A stretch of DNA of 64,000 nucleotides from Ramazzottius varieornatus (GCA_001949185.1 BDGG01000003.1:128679-192678), one strand, 5' to 3'. Counted from the stretch's first letter, positions 38,872-52,320 are shown. A program made the numbers and translations. The notes: generated by a model not told the origin, from the sequence alone.

Positions 38872-39744
38872 ATGGCTTGCTGTGTTACTCATTACTTCGT
38901 TCTTTGCATATCATTGTTAACTTTCCTGATATTTCGCGAGACCTCGGCCACGACTTGCTATCTATGCGACAGCTCGCAGCGGGAAAACTGGGAGAGAGTT
39001 GTACCGGGAGGAAACGCAAATCAGAAAGACTGTCTAAGCAACGATAAAAACATGCTCGACAGATTCAAAATGACTTGTCCTGGAGACCCCGCTGAGTGGG
39101 GAGGGTGTAGTCTTGATATCTTCTACGCAGATCAGGTGACGCGCACTGGACCGATCACGCGCGTTCATCGTAGCTGCTATCCCGCGTCTGGTGCCGTTGG
39201 AACGGCGGACGGTTCTTGTCTACCAGACCAGATGGGAGCGGGCTCTGTGTGGTGCTACTGCGCAGCTGATGGCTGCAACTATTACAGCAGTACTCAGACT
39301 GCAGGTACCGAAAAGAATCCCTCCAATGAACATTGATCTGCAAACCTTCATCGCCATAACCGACGATTCTTGTCTGCAGGAGTGGATGCTAAAGGCCAGG
39401 CAGTCTATAAGCCGGCACCTGGAGCCGCAGGTGGCGCAGCAGCTCCAGGTGTCGCCCCTGTTGTAGGTGGTACTCAGTCTGGTGGCACAAATCCTGGCGG
39501 CTCAGGAACGGGTGGGAATGGAAATGGTACAGCGACTGATCCCAAGGGTTCTGGCTCCGATTTAGGCTCCAATATTGGACAATTGGATCAGGTGGAAGCT
39601 GCAGTTCGTGGGGGATCAGTGAACGCATCGGACGCCGGTACTGGTGGAGCGAAAAATGCAACCAACTCTCATGATGGTCGTATTGATGGATCCCTTTATG
39701 CATTTATATTTGCCTGCATCTACGTACATGCATCGTTTTCGTAG
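38872..39744 (+). CDS. Ly6/three-finger (quiver-like) protein with Gly-rich stalk and probable GPI signal
   Basis: Signal peptide, TCYLCDS...RSC...WCYCAADGCN domain, intron ~39305-39378, Gly/Thr/Ala-rich region and a hydrophobic C-terminal tail. Confidence 0.75.
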
Positions 39745-40611
39745 TTTTAAAGTGACAGAATCAATGACATGTCGCGTTGTTATCGTACGTTGTTGCGACA
39801 TGTTATGGAAGTTTGCAGAAACAAAAAAACCAAAAATAATACGAAGCTTTGCCTGGGCCGTTTTTACAAGTACATGTACAGTACACCTACCCGCGGGTCG
39901 ACACATTGGTCGACGCAGGGGTGGGCTAAGGGCCTGACGTGGCCTTGGAATGTAATTCTGTAATTCCAAAATCTGTTAATTATTTAAATTAGTTTTTTGA
40001 ATCAGTCTTTTCCAGATTGCCGTAGACGAGAACTACGTTAAACTACAGGCATTTTCCCGGTACTGTAATTCTGGACTCGTTTGGGTGGGAATATTCCCGG
40101 CATTCCCGGCCTTAGTCGAGGTGTGGGTCGACGGTCGATGTAACGGGCAGCATTGTTCCGATACAATGTATTCTAATGCGTAATGAAGAATTCAATTCCG
40201 ATATAACCCGCTGTAGCATAGACTTAACATGGTCAACCGGATTCGAATTAGTTCCGCTGTCGTATCGGAACAACACTGGTAACGGGACGGATGGGTCGAT
40301 GATACAAACTAGCGAGTGTTCCTGACGACTGAAAAGGCTGGGGGAGCGCGAGTACCGTATATCAGCCAAACGGAACTTTTGTTCGAGCACGTAACCCAGC
40401 TGGGCAAGGCGGGCCTCTTTCACAACCTTCTCACGGGTTTGTGACGACTGGGCTTGCTGTGGCTTCGCAGTTCGCATGTAGAACTAGCGTACTGTACTAT
40501 ATTTAAAACTTCGAAATCACTTCAGCTGGTTTAAACTGTCTGTTCAGCCGAGGTTAGGGAGACCGAGCAGAAAACAATACGGAAACGTCATCGAAGAAAA
40601 AGTGTATGTAG

Positions 40612-40808
40612 GAACCCTCTGCGGCCTTGCACTCTGGCGCTTCGCGCCTCCGTTGCTCGGTCGTCCGCTACTCCACCAGTTAGTCTGTGGCAGTAGATTT
40701 ACCTGTTGACATCAGGGGGCTGTGCATCGTGAACACCCTGCCGGCTCGCACTCAGGCGCTTCGCGCTATGCGTCTCCGTTGCTCGGTCGTCAATTACCTC
40801 ACCAGTTC
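40612..40808. repeat. Two direct ~75-bp repeats containing a GCGCTTCGCGC hairpin
   Basis: GCACTCTGGCGCTTCGCGCCTCCGTTGCTCGGTCGTC...CACCAGTT recurs as GCACTCAGGCGCTTCGCGCT...CTCCGTTGCTCGGTCGTC...CACCAGTT. Confidence 0.7.
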
Positions 40809-40889
40809 GCCCGGGGGCAGTCAATCGCTCGTAAGTCGTAACCTAGGCAATAATTTAGCGGCGGGAAAAGTTAGGAACGGCTCGCATCG

Positions 40890-41635
40890 TACAAGGTGTT
40901 CCCTATAAGTTGGAACGATTTTGAAAATTCGTGGTAAAGTCGCTTCTAGCTATACATATCCAAACCTGACCTCACTCCATAGGGCATGTCTTCATCTCGA
41001 ATTTCTGTGAAGGTCTTTTCAACAAAACACTGCTCGTTTAATTGTTGTGAGCTCCTGAAAACCATGCATCTTACGGGTAAAAAGTGGGAACCTCAGTTAA
41101 ATTATTTGTATCTGCCGGGCGAAACCACTACGTTCCCTTATAGAATTGTTTTATGAAAAGAATACGTTTAGACTGATTATTAAAAAACAAACCGACGGAT
41201 CTAACATGCTACGGACGGAGGAACTAAAAATAATTCAAAAAATACGCCAAACGTTTTGCTTACCCCCCGAGCTAGCAGCAATATTATCGCCCACAGATCC
41301 AACCACGTGCACAAAATCGTAAGTAAAATTTTTCTACTATACTTAAAAGGTTTTTCCAACGGAATACCATCAGCGAAATTGTTCTGAAACGTGTCATACG
41401 CAAACAAACCAGCCTGATGTGTATTGCATGCTGGTTTTGCGAAAACTTTTTGAATTCCATCTAGTTCGCGTCTTCAGTGCAGTGCACTTTCTGGAGCACA
41501 ACACCTCGACAAGATTGTTACGCAATGTTTTCGATAGCTGGACGTACCTAGGAACGAATTTTCCGAGAAATGAAAGCACTGCCCATTTTTTTATTCAAGT
41601 CCAAAATCGTTTCAACTTATAGGGAACACCCTGTA
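40890..41635. mobile_element. Tc1/mariner-type non-autonomous element with TA TSD
   Basis: TA-CAAGGTGTTCCCTATAAGTTGGAACGATTTT vs reverse complement of the right end, TA-CAGGGTGTTCCCTATAAGTTGAAACGATTTT. Confidence 0.9.
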
Positions 41636-41936
41636 TGTCAGTGATGTCACCAATCAAGCGCCAACCCATTGTAGCCTTTGGGCATAGACAAGAGATGGAC
41701 CAAACTATCGCGCGTAACTGAGACTTCGAAATCGGCGAAAGCGGAATTGATTACCAGTCTGCTTGATTGGTCTTGTTAAAACTACTTGCATACTTTCTTA
41801 CTTTCCAACTTGGTTTCTCGGAGAAACTTTCTCCACTTTTCTTCCCTCTGTGTTCTCGGAGACTCAAGAGGTTTCTTTATACTTCAGCTACCCATATTTA
41901 AACAGGAACGTCCAGAGCGAAGCTTCATATGGAGGA

Positions 41937-43255
41937 ATGGACGACGGACAACAGTTTCTTCTTCACACTACCCAACTCGACGTCTCATCGTCTGACAGGA
42001 CAGTGATTCTCAACAGTCCATCTCCGACTCCAGCCAATGCCATGAACAGTCGTCCTCCCAAAACGGCGCCTTTGGACTTCAAGATATACACTCCAAACAT
42101 CGATGATGCGGAGGAGATAGAAGCGTTCTGCATCGAAGTCTTTCCCGCTGTGTAAGTTTGTTAGTTGTGAAAAAATATCCCAATGATATGTACTATGATC
42201 TTTTAGTCCATACTTTACTCTTTTTTGACAGGTACGAACACGCATGGTTCAGGTTCATGCTTCAGTCGGATTCTGTGTATAAGCTGTGTTACAGGAAAGG
42301 AGGGAAGATCGTAGCGTTGATCGTCGGGCAAGTCGCTAAACGGGAATCGTGGAACGACGTACTGCAGGTGGGCCTTTTTCATGAACCGAATTGCATACCC
42401 CGGCGGTTTGTGTATCAATTTTTCAACAACCCTGGTCATAAAATACGGAACACGAAAACGGCGCGTTGGGTGACACAGAAGCGAATTTTGTAGGGTTGCA
42501 CTCAGCTTCTCGTACCTGCATACACACGTCCGCATGTTCACACGCGCGGTTGCATCGAGGCGCATGCAAGAACTGGTAGCGCGAAGTGGGGCAGGGGAGC
42601 AGTGCAACATTTACCGTGCGTGCACCTACGTACATTTGCAGTGTTATTTGCGCATAGCATCCTGTATCTACGTGCCTGCACCTCGGATGTAGTTTCTCCT
42701 CGAATCAGTTCTAATACTTGTTTCTTCTTCGTCTTCCAGGTTTCGATGAGTTCTGATATGGAGAACGACACTAGAAACGTCACAGCTTACATCATGCTTC
42801 TCGGAGTATCTTCCGAGCATCGTCGTCATGGATTAGGCACCCGTTTGCTTCTGAGCTTCATGACGATGATCAGCCTGGCTTTCCCCACTGTCTCCCGGTC
42901 CTTCTTTCTGCATTGCGCAGTGGAGAATGAGGCTGCGTTGGTGATGTACGAAAGACAGGGCTTTCGATCAGTGAGGCTGTTGAAGAATTACTATAATTAC
43001 AACCGGAACGAAACGCCTCCAGATCACCACGATGCGTTTCTCCTGACAAAGAAAATTACTCCTGTGTCAGAGATACTCGACACGCTGCGTGAAGGGCTGG
43101 CCTTGTGTTTTTCCAAATCTGCTGGCTTCTTGAAACAGCTTTTGGCGAGGATTACTTCTCCGGTGAAGTTTTTGTTGCGGTGTTTCAGAGACGTTTTCAG
43201 CAGTGACCAGATGATCGTTGTCGGTCCAAAAACCCAACCGGAAAAAATTGTTTAG
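41937..43255 (+). CDS. NAA60: N-alpha-acetyltransferase 60-like (GNAT)
   Basis: Three exons. VFPAV|YEHAWF, AYIMLLGV, acetyl-CoA motif HRRHGLG, FLHC, MYERQGF and KNYY, followed by an amphipathic C-terminal extension typical of NAA60. Confidence 0.75.
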
Positions 43256-43357
43256 AAATACGTCGGCTTCTCGTAAAGAATTTTTCTTGTTTTACTCTTG
43301 ATCTGTACACTTTCTCAGAGCAGCTTTCCGATTATCAAATTAAGTATTGTATATTCT

Positions 43358-44936
43358 TCATTGTGTCTTTTGCTGTAATTGTGATACATTCGTGGCTTTC
43401 TGGTCTAGTCTTCTTACGACTTCTTCCGCCAACTGTAAATAAACTTTGGCCTAAAAAAGACAAAAGAGTAAAAATCATCCTCAAGCGCCCAGAATCACGA
43501 AATTGTATTATACTTACTAGATTACTTTCCGGTTGCGAAATCACGATTGGTTTTCCATCGTCGCTGGTTTCTCGTATTCTCAGGTCCAGCGGGACCGAAC
43601 CTGGAAAAAGGAAAAGTCCGAAAATCGTGTTCAGTTGTACAGAGAGCAGGAACGGTATTTACAGAGGATATCCAGGTTTATCTCCTTGCAAAGTTTCCGG
43701 ATGGATTCATGGCCGAAAATGTGGCTTAGTTCGCCGCATTTCGGACATTCAAAAACGCTCATATTTTCTACCAGCCCGAGGATGGGGACATTCACCGCTT
43801 TGAACATTTCGACACCACGTCTGGCGTCGAGAAGGGCGAGATCTTGAGGCGTCGAAACTATCACAACGCCTACAAAAACAAGAAAACGATTTTCTTTTTT
43901 CGAAAAAAAGGTGGAGTATTCTTGAAAATTCCGCTGTACCATCGACAGGGATACTTTGGGATATGGACAGCTGCGTGTCTCCGGTACCAGGAGGCATGTC
44001 AATCACTAAGTAATCCAGAGGTCCCCATGCCACCTGAAAATAAGACAGCGTGCAGATGTTCAATGAGGAAGAAACAACTTCCGGTTTGCTCGTACTTGGC
44101 GCAACAATCTCTGCACTGCTGACATAACCATAAGTCCGCGCCACACGATGGCAGCCTTTTCGTCCACAAGAAACCCCATCGACATACTGGAAAAATAGAA
44201 CGAATATCGACAGGGGAAATCGTGATAGAGGACGAGGAAACCGTTGGTGTGAAGATTCACCATTTTATTCCGTAATTTTCCATTGGTTTCATTAGATTCT
44301 CTGAAAATAAAACGCCAATGCATAACCGCGCGAAAAACTAACAGGTTTACTTTACGTTTTGCAACTTCAGGCTGGCCAGACAGCTTCATCATTCTCGGGA
44401 TGGATGGTCCATAGATGTCGGCGTCGAGGATACCGACAGTCTAAAATTATCGAGATAATCATCTCCGTCGCTCGGCTGTATTTCGCCTGATATTTTAAGA
44501 TACGTCACTGTCAGTACTTACTTACGGAGTTCCTGGCGGAGATGGCCAAAGCTAAGTTCACTAGAAAGAAAAGGGGGATTTGTAAGAGGAGGGGGAACGG
44601 CAGCGTTGTACAGTAGTTGGACACAAACCTGCTGTTGACGACTTTCCCACTCCTCCCTTTCCCGAAGCGACGCATATTACCTTCTTCACACCTGCAATCG
44701 GGAACTTTGCAAACTTCGCTCCCGCCATGTTTAACTACAACGACACTGGATGATCAAACAGTGACTCGCCTCAAGTCGGATCAGATCGACCAGAAAATTA
44801 CGATTAACAAAGAGCAAAACGACTGCCAGAGAGGAAAAACAAATCAATAAACTGCACTCAACTCGTCGACCGGATTAAAGTTACGGTGCGCGGCTAAATT
44901 ACGAGCTAGATTTATCTTGACTGCTCTAGAGAGCAT
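43358..44936 (-). CDS. NUBPL: Mitochondrial Fe-S cluster transfer P-loop NTPase (Ind1/NUBPL)
   Basis: Presequence [14 protein letters not shown]. Motifs [50 protein letters not shown] and [12 protein letters not shown]. Confidence 0.93.
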
Positions 44937-45212
44937 TATTAAGAAGCAGAACGAGAGCACTCTGGTGGTTCTGAAATATAAAACCGTTTCACACTGACCA
45001 CAACTGTCATCAGCTGTTCGCAAATCGCAAAGTTGTTGCCATCTTTTCTTCTAGATTTCTTCCCGAAGATTCTTGACAGCTTCCTGTTCCCCTTTTCAGA
45101 ACCTCTGCTGCTGTAGTGCTTATCTCGACTGTGTTACTTCTCGAATCCCCGTGCTTTTTTTGCAAGAAAGACCACCCATCCGGACAAAGACGCCAGCAGC
45201 AAGGTCGGTTGT
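44937..45212. promoter_or_regulatory. Probable bidirectional promoter between NUBPL and FICD
   Basis: Head-to-head start codons less than 300 bp apart; inferred from the arrangement only. Confidence 0.5.
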
Positions 45213-47235
45213 ATGCATAAAATGCCCAAACCTTCTCCTGCACGTCCGCCTTCTTCATGGCCCTTTATTTCCTCGGGACGTCTGATCTTCTCCGTCTTTT
45301 TTGCCTTTGTGTTTGCGCTATGCACCTACTCACCGTTCCTAATATGGGCCGAGCGCTCTGAGTTGCTAGTCTCACGTGTAGACGTAAGTGCTTTTTGTGA
45401 CCAAACGAATGCGCGATTGTCTTTGATTGTTGATTGAGCGGTAAAACTCAAATTGATTCTGGTTTATCAATTTGTTTGTTGGCAGACTGAATTAGCTAAG
45501 GTTCCAGAGAAGACTGTCAGTCGTCTCATTGTTCACAACTATGAAGCCCAGCCAACTACAGGAGGTACGTTTCAGACGGAGTTTGGAGTTTTTATGACCA
45601 GTGGAACGGCCCCGACGAAATGCAAGCTACCGGAAGTGTCTCCTCCACCTGCTGATCTGCGCAAAGAAGCCATGTCTGCTTTCAACGTCGCTTTGACCAT
45701 GGAGACACTGGGCAAGCTCGAGAAGGCCTCCCGTCTCTTCCAGGTACACTTCGTAACGCTTGTGATAGAGGTCTAAGTATCGATTAGTCTGATAGACAAC
45801 GGCTCACCCGTTATGAGCTCTCATAATAGAAACCGTACATTTATTGTCGATAGACATTCAATCCATGACGTAGTAGCCATGATTCCTATTCTAATGTGTT
45901 GAATGCGTTATAGCATGCGGTGGCACTGGATCCTTCAAACTCGGAAATCCTGACCGAATACGGCACCTTCCTCGAGACTCACCACGCGGACATCGTTCAA
46001 GCAGACACTTTGTACCTGAAAGCCGTGTATGCTGACCCAGGGAACCACCGAGCCTTGACGCTACGTGTCCGAACACAGCCTTTGGTGGAAGAGATCGACC
46101 AGCAGGCTTTCGATCGCATCGACCAGATGATGCTCGAGTTCTACAGCAAGTCGCATGAGACCATGATGCTCAAGAAGCAGAAACGAGCATTTATGTGGCA
46201 GCTACATCACTCCGTGGCGATTGAGGGGAACACTTTCACGTTTGAAGAGACAAAGTCCGTCATTGAGAAGAGACTTGCTATTGCGGGGAAATCCATCATG
46301 GAGCATAACGAAATTTTAGGTCAGTTTACTACTTTAAAAATTCTTTCCGATCAATTGATGAGGGTTTTGTATTGTTTTACAGGGATGGACGCAGCTCTGA
46401 ACTTCCTAAACGACACGCTGGTTTCACGAATCGGCCCGGTTTCTCTCACCGACATCCTCGACATGCATTTGAGAATCCTGGGCTTTAACGATCCAGTGCA
46501 TGCAGGCAAGTTTCGCAAGACCCAGGTGTACATCAGCGACCACGTTCCTCCGGACGCTTCCGAAGTTCCCCAGCTCATGACCGAACTCATCGAGTGGATG
46601 AACTCTGAAGACGCTTCGCAAATGCACCCCATCAAGCTGGCGACGTTGGCGCATTACTTCCTCGTCCATATCCACCGTAAGGAGAATTTGAGCTCAAGTA
46701 AAACAAGCTAGAGGAAATAAAATGGAATGAAGATCACCCCATATCAAATGTGAAACGGGCAACAAAACGCACAAGATCGTTACTTCGAGTGGCGCATTTT
46801 TTCATTGTTAGTGGCTCCAAGCGTGCGCCATTGCACGTTTCGTTTGCCGGTCTGTCGGATAATCGCAGAGATTTCTTTTTGCTTTTTGCAGCGTTCGTCG
46901 ATGGGAATGGTCGAGTAGGTCGTCTTCTCATGAACCTAATCCTGATGCGGTCGGGTTTCCCTCCGGTGGTAATTCGTGTGACCGAGCGGAAGTTGTACTA
47001 TCAGTGCCTGAAGGACGCCAACGCCGGTGACATTCGCCCTTTCGTTCGCTTCATCTCACAGTGCATGGAGATGACGCTGAGCGAGTACCTCTTCTCCGCG
47101 TCGGATGCTGAAATGTTCACTCGCTCGCGCTTCCCGATCCTCCCCAGCGAGCAACACTCAGACACGATTCTTCTGCCGGCTGTCAGCTTTAGCGACAAGA
47201 ACCACGGCGGCGCTGATGTCATCATCAGTGCTTGA
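45213..47235 (+). CDS. FICD: Protein adenylyltransferase FICD/HYPE
   Basis: N-terminal TM helix, TPR region, inhibitory helix HSVAIEGNT, and Fic motif HIHP|FVDGNGRVGR split by intron ~46677-46890. Confidence 0.96.
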
Positions 47236-48544
47236 ACACAACGAAGGGTGTTGAGTGGACGTTTTAACAGAAAATTGTTCCTGGTTCTTTTTGTTCCCCG
47301 GTGTTTCTCTGCCTTTTGACTAGTATTCACTAACTGTGATGGCCGATCTCTCAATTTGATGCTATATGTTACAGAAATTTATAACATTCTCGCAAGCAAC
47401 ATTTGCTGTCGGATGTTGGCGATTTACTTGAGTCATGATTTTTGGCAGTAATGATTTGGCTCACTTATACAGAGATTTGTTTATAGAATCAGCAACTCAC
47501 GATTGCGTGCCTTGAAATCCACGAACGGTAGTAAGAGGGTTTTCTGCATGAAATTGCCGTTTTCCGAACGCTTATTTCAAAAATCTCGTCTCTGGTTAGA
47601 CGCAATATTTCGATTCTCTCATTTTTACTGAGCATAGTGTATGGTGTTGTCTTTCGTCTGAGCATGAGGAAACTCCGCTCCAGCCTTACGCCAATTGCTG
47701 GAGCTGTTTCTGTCTGGCGTAATTTTGAAATTTTGACGTCCTTGGTAGGAAGATTGTCTTGTCGCCGCCAGGCTTCAAAAGTTCAACGCTTGACGTTGAA
47801 ACGGACAGCAACGGGAAAGTATCGGTTTCCTGCTTCTGTTTTGACAAAGCTTGCTCTTCGGAAAACTGCCAGGCGGGAAAATAGAGCTTAAAAACATCAT
47901 CTTTCTCGACAGAAATTTCTTCTTCCCCTGGCCCGGGCGGAACAGATTTTCCGAAACTTCACACAATGGTTAAAGACATCTTGGCTTAATCACCGAAAGT
48001 GTTCCTGTTTGGGTTCATCAACAATACGACCGAAGAAACGAGGGAAAAAACAGGTGACATGCTACCGGCGGACAGAAGAAGGCTTCGACATGGATCCCAA
48101 CAGGACATGCGCCTTATGCGTACAGAAAATAATATTACCAGTAGCTTCTGATGTTTCATGCAGCGCTAAAACATGTCTGGCCTGCTGGAATCCGCGTGCA
48201 AGGACAGTCTCAAGAGGATGTTATACAAGCGAGACGGATGAGAATCCTTATGTTCAATGCGTCTGATTAATCACTGCGGTACGCTTCTCATGCTGCAGAC
48301 AGACATCGAGAGTTCCAGAAGGATCGAAAGGTTGTGATAGATTGGTTGACGCAGGAGTACATTTTGTTTCCATCTTGTTCTTAAGCTGACTATAAAAGGC
48401 ACTCATGAATCCTTGTCAGAAGACGCTATTACACAAGTCTGGATTATCCCCAATGACGTTTCACCTGCGTCCGCCATCCATCCGGCTTGACGGAAATTTA
48501 AGCCCGAGAAGATATTGGCCTCTTCTTTTAAAGCGACATCGAAG

Positions 48545-49784
48545 ATGAGTATTTCCGTTCAGAATCTGAGCCTCGTCCTTAGTCAAATGAACTTCACAGA
48601 GAATATTTCGGCTGCGACCAACCACAGCCAAAGTCAAGATGGAACGTCTTACGAAAGAGCGACCTGGTGGACCATCTTGTTATTCTCCGTCCTGATCTTC
48701 ATCACGATAATTTCGAATCTCCTCGTTGTCCTTTCCTTCGTCGTCGAACCCCGACTCCGTACGCCTTTCAATTACTACCTCCTCAGCATGGCGGTCAGTG
48801 ATTTCCTGGTCGGAGCACTCGATCTGCCCCAGTACCTAGCAAGCTACACCTACTACGGCTACTGGCCTTTCGGTGACGTCCAGTGCACCTTCTGGCTCTA
48901 TGTGGACAACGTCATTCCTTCTCTAACATTGTGGTTCCTCGTCGTACTGTCCCTCGATCGAGTATGGGCAATCGACCGACCGATATCGTACCGCCGGCAC
49001 AATTCGCGAAGCAAATGCTTCGTGGCCCTTTTGGCTGCTTTTGTCATTACGAACTTGCCGGTTCTACCCGGTTTCATCCACGCTAGGATACATTTTGGCA
49101 ATCAGACAGACGCGAAGGCCTGCAACTGGGATGTCGATGGCTTACCAGCGTGGGCGAGCTCGTTTTACGGGGTTGTAGTCAACAACTGGCTACCGACGAT
49201 TCTAACGATCGGGTGTTACTCTGTTACAATGGTAAGCAACCACCACCTAACAGAATTACTTCCCTACTGTGAAACTAGCTGGTGAGACTTACTTCTTATC
49301 TCCGCGCCGGTTTCAGACGAAATTGTGCAAGGCAAGAAGGAAGCTAACCGAAGAGAACGTGGAGCAACGCGCCCGAATCATGTGGAGGATGAGGAAGGAA
49401 CGGCAAGCCTTGATTATGCTGACGTTGTTAGTGGTGGCACTGGTGGTACTTTATGGTCCGTACATTATATATTCTATTCGGCAACTGTTATTCAAGATCG
49501 AAGATCCGGCCGTTTTTTACAACGTGGCATTCTACCTGAGCTACGCATTGTCAGCTGTCAACCCGTTTTTGTTCAGTGCCGGAAGCAAGGATATCCAGAA
49601 AGGACTGAAGCGGATGTTTGGAGGGAAACACAGAATGTCCGTGGCGGACGTTTCAATGAAATTGCACACCACTCGTAACTCTCGGCAGTCGAAGCAAGCA
49701 ACCCATCGCACCAGCGCCTTTCAAGTCACGGAACCACAACATTCGGTCGGGAATAATCGCCATCTTCCGAATTCGATATTCTGA
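48545..49784 (+). CDS. Orphan rhodopsin-like (class A) GPCR
   Basis: Seven hydrophobic helices across two exons. SNLLV, LRTPFNYYLLSMAVSDFLVG, YWPFG...C, SLDRVW, KERQA and NPFLF. N-glycosylation sequons in the N-terminus. Confidence 0.9.
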
Positions 49785-49836
49785 ACTTGAAATTACTGAA
49801 ATTCATACAGCGTGAACTTGCTGTTGGTATCAAATG

Positions 49837-50076
49837 TAGAAGGCTCGGCGAAGCTAAAACAAGCCGTTGTAGCCGTTCTAAGCCGTGGCCAAAAATATTT
49901 TAGCCGCGGCTAAAGCAGCTAAAATACTTTTGTCCNNNNNNNNNNNNNNNNNNNNNNNNNNNNNNNNNNNNNNNNNNNNNNNNNNGTATTTTAGCTAGTT
50001 TAGCCGCGGCTAAAATATTTTTAGCCACGGCTAAGAACGGCTAAAGCGGCTTACTTTAGCTTCGCCGAGCCTTCTA
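49837..50076. mobile_element. Foldback/MITE with long inverted arms flanking an assembly gap
   Basis: TAGAAGGCTCGGCGAAGCTAAA...TAGCCGCGGCTAAA...[N]...TTTAGCCGCGGCTA...TTTAGCTTCGCCGAGCCTTCTA; ~90-bp arms built from TAGCC/GGCTA motifs. Confidence 0.85.
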
Positions 50077-51273
50077 TAGTATCAAAAAATAACCGACTGT
50101 GACCCGTTATCGCATAGTATTAGATTATTCAAGTCAGGTTAGGCCGACAAGGTCCTGGGGCAGCCAGCTGTCAGAACGTCCCCGACTGCATGCTAATGAC
50201 ATTAGGAGGTGGCTAGATGCTCTCTTTAGAGAAGTTGCACTTTGCACAAATGGTTTGAACAAACGACAGTTTGGACAAAACGATTGCATTTAGAGAAGTT
50301 TAAACATTCAAGATTTGTAATTCGCCTCGCGATTCACGAACGAAGGGGGGCTTCGTTCGTGAATCACGAAGAAAATCACCCGTAGATTTCAAACATGAAC
50401 GAATTGTCGTCAGTAATGCCCTGGCTGGCCCGAAGCACTGGGAAGCGTAATCGGTGCCCGGGCAACACAGGGCTTCCACTCCGGACAATCAGTCAATCAA
50501 ATTTTCATTTGAGCCGGCTTTTTTTAACTTGGTGGGGTAATACCACCATGGCCAGCAGCGGTCGTTTGTCCCAACGCTTTTTTCAAACTCGCTCGCGTTG
50601 TTCAACTTCTGAAAGCTTCTGGATAATGCTTTTATAGACTTCGATTTTGAAAATTAATTAGTTTTCGTTTGTTCAAACCATCTGCGCAAAGGGCAACTTC
50701 TCTTTTAGCTAAGACCAACTCGACAACTCGGCCCTTGAAAACACTTTTGGGACACATACATGATTTACGGAATGCTCAGTTTCAAGATGAACGACGCTTT
50801 CTTGTAATTGTCAGATCACACGTACTGTTCGAAGTTTTCCGCCAAAGTCGCATTACCATACCGTCTAATAGGCAGGACACTTCTAATGCGAAAGAATTCG
50901 GAACAACACGGAGAAGGCAAACAAAAACGAAAAAACTCACAGCTTGATAACCATGATCTCACTAGGTTATATCTTGCAGATTTGTGTAAGCTTCCGCCTA
51001 CAACCGGTCAGTTGCGCAGTTTCGACGATACTGCTGAGCGCGTCCCTTTGTGCCGCGGCACAAGCCGGTACATTAGGTGAACCTCTGTCTCTGACTGTCA
51101 AAATTGATTCGAGTTTGGTTCTGGTTAACGTGTAATGACCACTGTTTTCTGACGGAACCACACCTTCTTTTCCTCCCTTTTCATCCAAGCTTTGACGGTT
51201 TACGCTGCTTTCATATCGTTATGCATCATTGGTTTTCGCACTCGATGTCGGGTTCCTTGTCAGGACTTTCATC

Positions 51274-51901
51274 TAAGGATGAGCATTTCGCCGGACCTTC
51301 TCCCTGGAACGGAATTCGGAAAGGAATTCCTAATTTTCCTATTTTCCTATTTTCCTATTTTCCATTTCCTAAAACGGCTAAACCAAAAACCGGAATTCCA
51401 GAACGGCAGTTTAGAAGGCGAAAAACCAGGCGGTAGCTCGGCTTAGCCCCGGCTGACAAGCTCAGCAAACTCGTTTCCATGCGGCTCGCACGCTTTCAGC
51501 CAGTTCAACTGGAAGCGTGCACCACATGGCAAAAAAATCAAGTCGAGTTTGTTGGCCAAGCTCCCGCGCCCTTTGCCCGCACATTGTGTGGGACTCCTGT
51601 AATGCTTCATGAACTTGGCGAATGACGCTAGAGTGAGCATATGCTGTATGCGTCATCGTACCCTGTAAACTCCACCTCTACTGTGACGTCAGTTTTCCAA
51701 GTTTTTGACGCATTACAGTACGCCAGTTATTTGTAAAAAGTGGCGATTTCACTGTGCAAAACCGATTTTTACAAGCTGAATTCCGGTTTGGTGCTTGTAT
51801 TCCGATTCTGAATTCCAAATCGGGCTCAGCTGAAAAGGAACGGAATTCCTATTTTCCAGGCGGAAATAGGAACGGAGCGGAAAACGGAATGCCCATCCTT
51901 A
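51274..51901. mobile_element. hAT-type MITE with perfect 8-bp TSD
   Basis: TSD CTTTCATC at 51266-51273 and 51902-51909. TIR TAAGGATGAGCATT / AATGCCCATCCTTA. Subterminal GGAA/TTCC arrays. Confidence 0.9.
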
Positions 51902-52320
51902 CTTTCATCCTCTCTGTACAACAAAGCCTACATTCTTCTCGATTATGTTTCACGCCGATGGACAATCTTCAGTTCACTCGTCTTGTTTCTCGTGTCGCTT
52001 TACGAGAGGAATTCTTCCTCGTGCGTTCGAGCGCATACCCATTGGAATTGTTGATTGAGTGTCCTTTCATCCCGATCTGGTTTCACTTAACGTCGCAATC
52101 CGATGAGCATCCCCTTGCAGTCCGATGTTCCTATCGTCGGATTGTAATTGTTAATTTCCGGTTGGACTTGAATTGGACATTTTCGCTCCAACATTGATCT
52201 TTCAAACATGTGAGGAATTTTCGAATTTCTACAGATTCAAAAGATTCTCACATGGGTTTGCTTGAAAGCTCAATGTTGGAGCTGCGTAATGATAACAAGC
52301 ATGATGTGCTATCTGCTGGC

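Noticed and set aside
40112-40477. 121-aa minus-strand ORF
   Set aside because: Possible small gene, but no homology or structural cue to support it.
48090-48300. Cys-rich PHD/RING-like fragment upstream of the GPCR
   Set aside because: Cys/His spacing is incomplete and interrupted by stops.
51902-52180. Possible Penelope/GIY-YIG remnant (ECRLCCTERMKV on the minus strand)
   Set aside because: Only one short motif among stop codons; insufficient without a profile search.
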